From assembly GCA_963924565.1 (NCBI GenBank), contig OZ004609.1:6324001-6388000 (forward strand): a stretch of 64,000 nucleotides of DNA, read 5' to 3'. This document shows, piece by piece, positions 12,801 through 24,800 of the stretch. The position numbers were made by a program, and so were the translations under genes. This stretch comes from Ascidiella aspersa. Its lineage: Eukaryota. Below the pieces are notes generated by a model. The model saw only the letters and a list, made by a program, of their open reading frames with translations. It was not told the origin of the DNA and did not search any database. The first letter of the stretch is position 1. Each line of letters begins with the position of its first letter.

Positions 12801-15800
12801 GGTACAGCAATTTAAAATGTTTAAAGAGCAAAACAAACAACGCCTTTATTCACTAAAGAGTATGAAACAATACTCCACTTCTCATGTATGTAATGACACA
12901 CGAAAACACACCTCTGGTTGCTTTTAATCCAGGTGCAAACAGTGAACGCTTCCATTGTGGGGATTGTGGCGTTTACAACTCGAGCCCAATTTTGCCTTTT
13001 CCGCAATCTGGGAAAATCCACCTGGTACGTGTCGCTAAAGCAGCCTGGTTTGGAGAAAGCAAAAAATATATCAGATAAGAGGCTTAAAAGGTGGCTAACG
13101 TCTGCAGACTAACTAGAAATATTTTAATATTTATACGGTAACCACATCACTTTAGACTTACCCTTTTCCATTCTAAACGGGGGCCTGGTGGGTTTCGGTG
13201 TGTTTATTCGAGATCTTGCCATTGTAGGTTTTGTTGTTTTTACTATTGTTCTTTTTGTCGGTTTTGCTATTTCTGTTGTGGCAGTTGTTTTTTTAGGTTT
13301 TGTTGTTGTTGTTGTTGTTGTTGTAGGTGCTTTAGTTGTTGCTGTCGTTGTAGGAGGTTTAGTTGATGTTGTTGCTGTTGTCGTAGTAGGAGCTTTAGTT
13401 GTTGTTGTTGCTGTTGTCGTTGTAGGAGCTTTAGTTGTTGTTGTTGTTGTTGTAGGAGCTTCAGTTGTTGTTGTAGGAGCTTCAGTCGTTGTTGATGTTG
13501 TTGTTGTTGGTGCTTTAGTTGTTGCTGTCGTTGTAGGAGTTTTAGTTGTTGTTGTTGCTGTTGACGTTGTAGGAGCTTTAGTTGTTGTTGTTGCTGTTGT
13601 CGTTGTAGGAGCTTTAGTTGTTGTTGTTGTTGTAGGAGCTTCAGTTGTTGTTGTTGCTGTTGTCGTTGTAGGAGCTTTAGTTGTTGTTGTTGTTGTTGCT
13701 GTTGTTGTTGTAGGAGCTTCAGTTGTTGTTGTTGCTGTTGTCGTTGTAGGAGCTTCAGTTGTTGTTGTTGTTGTTGGTGTAGGTGCTTTAGTTGTTGCTG
13801 TCGNNNNNNNNNNNNNNNNNNNNNNNNNNNNNNNNNNNNNNNNNNNNNNNNNNNNNNNNNNNNNNNNNNNNNNNNNNNNNNNNNNNNNNNNNNNNNNNNN
13901 NNNNNNNNNNNNNNNNNNNNNNNNNNNNNNNNNNNTTGTTGCTGTTGTTGTAGGAGCTTTAGTTGTTGTTGCTGCTGTTGTTGTTGTAAGTGCTTGAGTT
14001 GTTGTTGTTGCTGTTGTCGTTTTAGGAGCTTGAGTTGTTGTTGTTACTGTTGTCGTTGTAGGAGCTTTAGTTGTTGTTGCTGCTGCTTTTGTTGTAGATA
14101 GTTCAGTTGTTGTTATAGCTGTTGTTGTTGCTTTAGTTGTTGTAGGTGCTTTAGTTGTTGTTGTTGTTGTTGCTGTGGTTGTAGGTGCTTTGGTTGTTGT
14201 TGCTGTGGTTGTAGGTGCTTTAGTTGTTGTTGTAGTTGTTGTTGTTGCTTTTATTGTCGTTGTAGTTGGCGGCGCAGTTGGGAGTACATCTGTAGAACAA
14301 GTGTTTTTTATCAATATGGAAATGTTGGTGAAACCAATTATATACAGATTAGAATACCTTCGGGTGGTTCAATGACTTCAACTTTTTCCGCAGTTCGAAT
14401 AAGGTGATTTCCTAAAACGTAATTCTTGTTAAAAAAATCCTTAAATGGTATCACAACGTAGAATAGCTCTGTTTGACTTTTTTCCCAAAGGTAGAAATTT
14501 CAACAAACTTCAACGTTGGATCGCTTGCCATAGCTGAAATACCCAACCTAATTTGTGAATAACACATTGATTCTAGTATCTAACTAGTGCAATATCACCA
14601 ACTGGGTTAATGTTAGCATTAATGCAGATTTTTAGACAAATGTATCGCAATGTAATTTGATTTGAGAAACGCCTACCCGGCCGTTGGGTGAGAGTGACAT
14701 CCACCGGATGGTCTGACTTCGATGTAAGAGTGAGAAAAAGTTGCACGGACGGAGTTCCCGAAACGCCGGATACCACAGCCTTGGCGGTTTGGTTGCGAAC
14801 TGGCCATCCGGCTGTCAAGTCGAACGGATTGAAGAAGACCTCGGCCATGTCGTTGGTAATGTTAAGCAGGAACGCGTGTAGTGCCTATAACACGTTACGA
14901 TCAATGAGCCTTAAAGTTTAAGGCGTAATGTTAGAAGTAAAACGCTGCCCTTTCTTTTTAGTTGAGTTGTTCAAGCCACCAAATCCTTTAACCAAGATAT
15001 TACGGCTTTGTTTTGTAGTTAGTGGAAAACTCTGTCAGCCAAAATTCACGATAATCATATTCAGTTAAACGTTTTGGTAAATGTAAGGATGTTAAAACTA
15101 CAATGAGATTTGGACCGGGTAATTCACACCAGGATACTGAAAGACATAATATATATATCATTTATCAAAAGCAAATAACTTAACTAATTAAAATGGTCGC
15201 AGATATTTTAATTTAGTAACGTTCAAAAACTTTTATATGACTGCTTTATTATATACAATACATACTATGTTGTACACTGTACAGTGGTATGTTATTCGGA
15301 ATATGCATTTGTGGATTAAAAAACGTATTTGAATAACATTAGCAAGAAGAGCTTGCTCAGCTCGAAATTTAACTTGAAACTCGCTATAGAAGTTTTACTT
15401 AGCTGTCAGTAGTTTTTTATTAACTTTTGAATAACACGTCGCCACTGTAGAGCATTACATAATAAAGTGTAGTAATATTGAACGTTTTGTAAATGTCACT
15501 AAATTAAAACGCCAACTATGCAGCATTTTTCATCAGTGATTGTTGAAGATTTTCTCAAAAAGTTAAACATAAACTCCTTAGCAATGGAAAACACACACTT
15601 CTAATATCGCCAACATTGCACAATATAGCTACAAACTCCTAATGACTTTGTTTTCAAAGGACTTACATCGTTGGGATCCGTAATGTAGGTGGACCCGACC
15701 ATCACGAGCGATCCGTTGGCCGTTTCCAGTCGGAGTGTGATTCCCTTGTCAGTAACCTGTATCTTCAAGTGCTTTTCTTCGCCGGGAAGGAACACGCCTA

Positions 15801-18800
15801 AAAGTTGCTGTAAATTAAGTCAATGAATTGCGTAGGCCTACTAAGTGCACTTAATTCACTGTTTTAAAATTACTTGATTTTACTTTAGTCTTGCGACTGC
15901 TATGCCTCGTTTGCAGCTGGCGAACGCTTTTTTTATTAAATGGCCAGGTATCCCGGAACGTTTTACAATTAAACTTGAAGTCGCTTTGAAAATTTAGACA
16001 TACCTAACCGATTGGCCAAAATATTCATAGTTTGTTCTCTTTTCAGCAGAGTTGCCATTCTAGATTATTTTAATCTAGAATTAGATGTTTTGGTTTGAAT
16101 CTAGATGTAGGATAATGCAGATTTTGATATTAGGTAAAGATACGCCGTACGAAGAGGTATAAATATAATAACTATTAAAAGTGTTAAGTATGCCGACGTT
16201 GGTAATAACAAATAGCCATGAACCTCTCTTTATAGCTAATACGGTAAATTGTAAAAATAAGTTTTTTTAATTTAGCATTCTACGTAATTTGAAAAAGATG
16301 TTTTGAATTGTACATGCTCAAGTGTACTTCCACTTAGATACATAAATCGTCTTTTAATACATACAATTTACATAAAAAAAACTCAAACACAAAAAAGTCT
16401 TCAAGAATATCAAGTCATGTCAATCGCACCATCTTGGTTTATTAAAAACAAAATTTCTTGTGAAGTCCAACGCTGGCAGTAACAAACAGTCATTCACTTA
16501 ACATCTGGATGAGTATAATAACAAATTCCAAGAACTATATTTATTTTAATATGACAGATTACTTACTGTTTACTTCCTGTTGAGCAGGTGGCCATCTCGC
16601 AGCTTCAGTGCACGCTCTACTTTGCAAGACCTGCTTCACGAACTGCAAAGATCTAAAAGCAATTGGCAACGTTATCAACGACATTCCAAACACGGCCATT
16701 TTTACGTAGAAAAGAAAATGAAATATATAGCAAAGAAATACGGCTCTGGTCTAGAATCCTGCCACAAGGAGCATTATTTGGGTTAGGGTGCCGTTTAGCG
16801 TTTGGGTTTAGGTGGTTGAGCAATAATATTAAATAATAATAATATTTGACCCAACCTCACCCAAACACTCAATAATGTTATAATTGGTTTTGCACTTCAA
16901 TCCTGTTCGCCCACTGCTGGTTGTTCAAATGTGGTACAACTATTGCGTTACTGCCAAAGCTGTACTACAATTGTTGTTTGTTAATTCTATATGACAACTG
17001 ATGTTAAAGAAGGGTTATTAAACTATAGTTATGATTAAGTACCAAACAGCAAATTTCTTGTCTTTACTGCTCTTTGAACAAACTATTTGACTAAGTCTCA
17101 GGAGTGGGGAAACAATTTTGACTCGAGGCAGAATTGGAGTAAATAATTAATATTTAGCACCCTAAATTATCTTCTGGCTTATCATCTAAAGGACCACCGT
17201 GTTTCACTGGTAACCTATGGCGCTTTGTAGTGTTTGAAAATCCACTAAAAATATATACACTTAGACAGAACATCATGGGCTTCGTGTAAGTCGAGTTATT
17301 TCTGATTTTTGTTTATTATAGTAATAACAAACCTTGCTTTAATTTTTTTATATCAGTGGTATGAACAAGCAAATTTTAATTGACTGAAGTCCCAACCTAA
17401 TACGTAAAGAATAATCAAAGTGAGCTCAAGTCATTTTGCCAAAAAAAACTTTACAACACTCGGTTTTAACCTTCTCGTCAAGCTTTCGCACAATCGTGCT
17501 TCATCAGGTCAAAGTCACCCAATGCTTGCCGAGAATTCAATACAATTTTACTTTATACAGTGCCACCTGATTTATCTTAAGTTTTATTAACGTTTAGTCT
17601 TGTGGAAGATTGCTCTTAAAACTGAGTTAAATAGCATCAGATTGTTTGGGGCTTACTTGTAGTTTGTGATTTCAAACACGTGGGTGGACTCGGCGCCGCT
17701 CGCGATGGTCACCAGTTCGTCTTTGTTGACTACTTCAGTCACTCCAACAGCGAAAACGTTGATCCCGGACAAATGGTTGCGACGGGCGGCGGCTACAAAG
17801 AGTGATACAAGAAACACGTTTTACTCATCTTTGCAAAATGCCTAGCGGTAAATGTTTTTTCGGTAAGATGGCTTACGAGCACATTCCTTTTGAAAATCCT
17901 TTTAAAATTCGACCTGTCCCGTAAATAACAGCATTTCATAGAATTGTCGCAACAGATTTAAATTTTATAGAAATAACGATCATTCCTGAAATTGCTTACC
18001 CTATAAAATGGAGCTGATTTTGTACGGAAGGGTTAAGAACCGGGGAATAATTCAAATCAAGACTCAGTTATGCTTTTCGTTAGCTATACATAGGAAATAA
18101 ATCATATAGATATAATAATATAATAACTTGTGTTGAACTAGTCTTTTTTGCGACTTGAAAGGTATGCGATTTTTGTAAATTAAAGGATGCGATTTTTTGT
18201 AAATTAGCGACAAAAGATAGAAAATGTGGGGCATTTACAAAGAAGGACCTTTTTCAAATGAGGACATTGTTTCAATATTGAAATATTTGTAAATGGACAA
18301 AAATAAACAAAACTATAAAATTCGCCAATAGGACAATGTGATTTTGATTATGGTTTAATGAGATTGCCAAAAGGGATTAGTTTGCATGGGAATAGAAAAC
18401 CCACATTTTTAAATTAGAGAGGAAAACTTTGTGAATATAAAAACGTAACATTAATGAATACGTATCAAAATGTTTTGAGAACAAGAATTTGTAAACGGAA
18501 ATTTAAAGATTTTTGAATAGGAACGTTAAATCTGAAAATTGGGTACAGAAGGTGTATATTATATATATGTCTAAATATCCAAATAATTTGAAAAGGCCAA
18601 AACGTGAATTGAGGATAAACATTCACTAAAATGAGAAAACATGTCTCACAGATGACGCTGTCGTGGCTCTGTCCGTCCGTCACAACGATAAGGACCCTCG
18701 GAACGAGCTCGGATGTCCTTCGTGCTCCTCTGATGGGAGTGAACATCCGTCGGAAGACAGTGTTAAGGGCAACGCCCGTCAGGGTGGTTCCACCTTTGTA

Positions 18801-21800
18801 TTTGACGCTGCAATGAAATGGAATTTCAAGAATCAAATAAAATAAAAGTATCGGTGGTGCAAACAGGAAGTTGACTAGTTCGGGAATCATCAAAAGTTTT
18901 TTTGTTGGCCAAAGTTGCCCAGCATGTGTTGGCCCGTAACTATTTATTCAAATTAACATCAGAACCATTATGTTTTTTTCATTTTAACTTTAGTACGCAA
19001 GTCACAGCGGTTTATTATCTTAAACACTGCTAAGAGTTATTGGTGGATTTTTTAATTAACTGCTAACCTTTACAATCTCAGCACAGTGAATGCTATCACA
19101 TTAAAAAATGAAAACAAACGACGATTGAAACGTAGTTGTCCATACAGCAACAGTTACTGAAGGAAAAGTTTAGCGAATAAATTAGGGGGCAATTAGTTTA
19201 GGGTTGGACAGGATTGCAGACACCATTATGATTATCCGCCCGCTGTTTTGATAAGAACTTTGGTTGGTTTTCTGAAAACTATATTAGTACTCTAAATCTA
19301 TCAAATATTCTGAAGGAAACTCCTACTGGCGCGCCAGTTAAGTGCGGCAAAACTGCGTTATTGTGTAAGTGGTTTAATAATGTACTTAACAAATGTAAGA
19401 GTGCCCCTGGCTTAACTTTGGTTTACGTTTAAATGACTGAATATTGTCAACCTACCATGACCGCAATGCTAGGTGAAAACTGCCTCTTTGGTTAACTTGA
19501 AAAACTCCCTTCTTTATCTAATCTATTCGTTAAAAGTTTTCGGCTTTTTCGGCAGAAACTGGTACGACAAGCTTGGAAGTGAACACAAACAATTAGACCT
19601 TGAAACCTTTCGAAATTCGAGGATATTTGGCAGCAAACGCCTTCCTCCAACCAACGTTTAGAGTGTGTATACAAATTGCGGGCATAAAGCTTAACCTATG
19701 AGCATCGCACGTGCGCGTCTAAAGGCCTTCGATCTTATCAGTTCGAGAAAAATCTCAGTCTCACTTGCGGATCGCCTTCAGCAAGGATGGTCGGTTGAAA
19801 TGCTCACGCAAGTAGAACTCGACCCGCGGAGTTCCCGAGTATTGCGCCATTCCCACCCTGGCACCGTTGCGATCGATCTGGAAAAATAAGTGCGCGAAAG
19901 GTCAGGGCATCACGCGATAAGCTTTCGTCGAATCTGGCGGAAATTTTGTAAGTTGATAAACAAGCAATCTATACCCAGTTGTCTGTATTTTGATGGACCC
20001 CAGCTATAAAAAATAAACTACAACAACATCAAGGTCGGAACAAAACACACTTCAGAATAAGACTAAAATAGGACTACTATTATACCTAAAAGCCGTATTA
20101 CCTAAATCAACATATGTCCTAACTCGTCGGTATAAGACCTAAATGGCCATATTTAGGTCTAAACAACGTTATACCTAACCCCAGCCCCACCCGCAAGTGG
20201 GCTACATCACTAACTCTCATATTAATTCCAGCCCTAACCTATTTACTAACCCATCGCATTACTCACCAATAACCCGAAACAGGGCCATAAACTACGTTAC
20301 CAAAACAATGGCTCCCTAACGGCGCCTATCAAACTAGGGAGCCCAAGTGGCCGATACCAGGCCCATGGCCCCTGATTGTCCCGTACGCTCTCCCTAAAGG
20401 TTCATGCGTTATTTTATGCCTTATTCGGATGAATTTAGGACTTATTCTGACAGGTTTGTCTCTTATTCAGGCGATTCAGATCTTATTATGCCATGATATT
20501 AATGCGTATTAGATTTATTATTTTCGTTGGTCTTAATTATGATTTAGATATTGTTGCTTTTTAGGTCTTATAGTGTGTTCCCATTTTGATTGTTTTAAAG
20601 TTTTGCGCACTTTAGATTTGCAATTTGACCTTATTTTTAATTCCTAGTCATGCATACCTTAAAACTGTTACACAAATACTTTGTAATTTAAAAATGCATC
20701 AGTTAACTAGATAACAACGGAAAATATTTGGACATGTTGTACATGACCTTGCTGTTTTAAATTATTATGTTCGCAATACAACTCTAACGATGTGGATGTG
20801 ATTTTGTGGTCACAGCTCGTTTTAATAACCAATATTAGCCTCTATAATTGCTCCTGCACGTTTGGTGCGTTTTTACAGTTGAGCTCAAGAGCTTTAATAA
20901 GCCCTCTGGATGAATTTGCGATGTGGTTTTTCACATTAAGCGTTGAGAGGCTTAGCTGCGTGCAATCAGGACAAACTTATGGTTGGACTTTACAAAGGTT
21001 ATTAACAATTCAAAATGGCATTTTGCTAAAAAGGAGCGGTGCAGGTATGTGAACTTAAACAAGCAAACCGCAGTGCGATAAACATAGACGTTTTATCACG
21101 CGAAACGTTTTGCTAAAGTTGTTTCGTAAACTCTTAAAAGCCTATTAAGACTCGTGCGTCGAAACACCTGGTCCTTGCGGATTACTTACGTAAAGCATGG
21201 GGACAATTTTAAGCATTAGGGTTAACAGCGACGGTTTAACTTATGCGCGTTTTTTCAAAAGTAAATTCCAGAAATAATTTGAAAAGAAAACAGTATTAAA
21301 GTTAAAAAAAATAAACTGTTTCCTTTTCGAAAAAAATTAGCTTAATTTTAACAGTGTGGAAACATGAGTATTCATATTTCACCATGTTGAAAGAAAATAT
21401 ATATATTTACTCAATAGCTAAACTTGTAAAAAACTTGTAAGTCTTTTATTAGGGCTTCAACATTGTTCAACCATGATGTAGATCTTAATATATTTTCAAA
21501 CTGATTTGATTTTATTCAGTTCAAATTCAGGTAAAAGCACAATAGAAATTAGCCATAGATCCGCTAAGCTCTATTATCACAAGAGAATCTAAAATACGTG
21601 GCACATTTTAATTATTTTAAATATTCGTAAAGACGTTCCCCTGCTGGCCATCATCATGTCTAAACCCAACTTCGTCGGAGCAACTAACATACCGTGAGTG
21701 GCTCTATAAGACTTTCGACGAAATCCATGGCCCGTTTGAAGTCGGAGAATCCAACGCTTCCGCTACCGTCCATTAGGAAGATGAGATCCACTTTTCCCAC

Positions 21801-24800
21801 TGCACAAGCTGCAAAAAAAGTGTTTTTTTCACTGATTATACCCGTGTTGTATTAACTCAAGACATTGACTTGACTTAGGTGCACTTAAGTTTCTATTTTC
21901 AAATAAGTAGACTTTACTCAGGCATTTTGGGAGAATTGACTTGTTTTGACTATACTTAATTCTTTCGGAGAAATGACTTAACTAGACTTATGTCTTTCAA
22001 ACAAATTATATAGCTATGTTGAAATTAAGTGTTGTCACTCAGAATTTTTTTTACAAAATTGGTTTATTTATCTTAATTTTTGCAGGAGCTTATTGTATTT
22101 TGCATTTTTGTTATTTTTAGTTGAGTTATTGTTCATAATTGGACGAGTTTCTCCATTGTAATATTTTAACGTTTAATTTTTATGAAAACGACTTGACTTG
22201 GAATTGACACGCTCTAATTATGACTTTATTTGCTGTTTATTCAAAAAAACTTAACATCGACTTGAGGTATTTTAGAAATCAATTAAATTGCACTAGAGTT
22301 GTTTAACCAATGGCTTGACTGGGACTAAAATCTTTTTAAAATGATTTGTTTACAACACTGGATTATATTATCATTTGTGTGTGATTGTTGTTTCTTCGTT
22401 TTATGGTTGTACGACTGTTCTTTTTCTTTTCAATCTTCCTTTTCCACTCACGCAACTTATATCGCTCCTTAACTTTTGCAGCTTACCTTTGCCGCTTTAT
22501 ATCTGATCTTATTACGTTTTCTGTTGGCCCCTAATAACAATTAGTTTAGCCACATTCGGCACTGACACCTTTTTACCCTCGTTGTGGTTTTAGTGGAAAT
22601 GAATGGAAAATTAGAGCAGACGGGTTTTTAGGAAGCGCAGGAAACATTCTAAACTATTGAAATTTTACGTTCTCGCTCGTTTTTAGACATTGGTCGCTTT
22701 TGGTTGTTTTACGCCTTATATTGTTTTATTCATATTTCTTCCTCATTTAACACAGTTTAAATATAATTTTCATTCCGCATAGCATTCGACAGGACGTTTA
22801 GCATAGGACTCGCAAATTGGTGTAACATAATTACAAGTTTATTTGTAAAGCTCATTTGGAATGCTAGTATGTCTATTGTGTCGTTACGAGCCCAATACTG
22901 AGTATGAGTTCTAACCGGTGGGCCACAGAAACGTTTTGAGGTGGGCAACAGAGCATTGGCAAAATTGTGAAGTTGGTGAAAATTTTTGTTCTGTTCGTTT
23001 ACTTCTTTAATTTATTTTATAATACAATCTCAAGTTTTGCATGAACAGTTGCGATATGTGTAGGTTATTATAAAATATTCTTATTTTTTATTGTTTCAAA
23101 ACAAAAGTGGGCCACGACCGAAAAAAGTTAAGAACCCCTGATGGAGAGTGAATCTTGACACCTATACTGTTAGACACGAAATTCCTTTTTGTTAGACCGT
23201 TTTTAGTTGCCAATGCTTGTTTTATTATATTGATTTGTCTCCAATCACAAAAAAGTCGACCTATTTAGTCCCGCTATCACAATAAACCACGAAGTAATAG
23301 CAATTACGGGTGTTTTTGTGGTTGTACGGTTCAAAGTGGACTTCACGTCAAATCTTGAACCGTGATGATTCATGATACTAACCTATTAATTATTAAATTC
23401 ACACTACTCATTTGCGAAAATATGTTGCCTCTAAATATAACTATTCAGTGTTATTTAGTCGTAAATAAAACGCAGAAAACATAGGACTCCCCTTTAAAGT
23501 TACGATGAGTTGCAGTCAATATTTCGGATGTATGGACCGTTGCGATAATGTAAATCCACGATAAAACCTGTTTTGCTAGAAGTGATTTAGTGATGGAATG
23601 CAGATAAGATAACTAAGTCCTAAACCTACACAGCCCCGGTACACATAGTCCGCCTTAATAATGACGCTTAAGTTTTTTTACGTTAAATTACGTTAAATCC
23701 TTATAAACTTGGAGGACTTAGTCTGAACAACTTTTTACGTTATCTTGGCCCAATAGTGGGTGTGCAACTATCATAAGATCGTTCGATGCAAAAGCGTAGT
23801 TAAATATCCAAATCGTGCGATGTTTATCATCGCCAATTTTAGACGGTTTGGACTTTTTAATATTTAGAGTCAAAATTTTCCGTATTTTGTGTCGAATTTT
23901 GAAAATCCTCCATCAACCTTACGAAAGTAATTTCCTAAAACAATACACTTTGAACGCTTTGGGCAAGTATTCATGCTTGTAATCAGTGTTACATTTATTT
24001 CCGTCTATTTACTTTATACTGAAGCGAAAAAATAATTCCGCCAAGGACTAATTTAAGTGCGAAAATGCTTTTAAATAACAATTAAAGAGTGATGTTGCCC
24101 TGGAGCCTGTAATCATTCTAAACCGTCGTTAACTGTATTGCAGCGTCATAGCGGCCGCAGCATAACAACTTAAACAGGCAGAATGCCATTTTTCTGTCAG
24201 TGCATATTGATCCTAAACTAAGTCATTGGCATCGCGAAAGCAGGTCAAGAAATCTGCCTATACAGTCCCTTATGTTTTTTATCCAAGTTTATTTCAGGTT
24301 AGTTTCCAAAAATGTTGAGGTCAATCCTTTGTTCAACTCTAGTCAAGTCATTAGCTTCATCTATTATAATAAAGATGAAATTTTGACTATGCATTATGAT
24401 TAACTACAAATTCTAAAGTAGTTATTAACCGGAGGGATGCAAGCTTTATTACACATTGTGGATTTTTCTTGTTAAGTTATTTGTTCCGCAAGTTAATTGT
24501 GCATTGTTAATTGTTCCGCCAACTAACCTATACTGTTAACAAACCAACTATCGAAAAAACGTTAAATTTTCTCTTAAACAAAATAGGTGAACTTTTAAGT
24601 TTAAACAAAATGGGAATATCCTAAACTATAGTTTTCTCAACATACACAAACGCACATAGGCCCTTCAATCGTGAGTACAGTTTTAAACAAAGTTGTCAAA
24701 CAGGCTTTCGGCTGTTATTCCAAGTGTCAACATTTTCCCAGTACTTACTGTCGTTCCTTTGCTGTTGATCGACCATCTCCACAAACGACGAGTTGGTGAC

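Noticed and set aside
13188-13997. 269-aa poly-Val ORF on the plus strand
   Set aside because: Antisense shadow of the ACA (Thr) repeats in the mucin exon.
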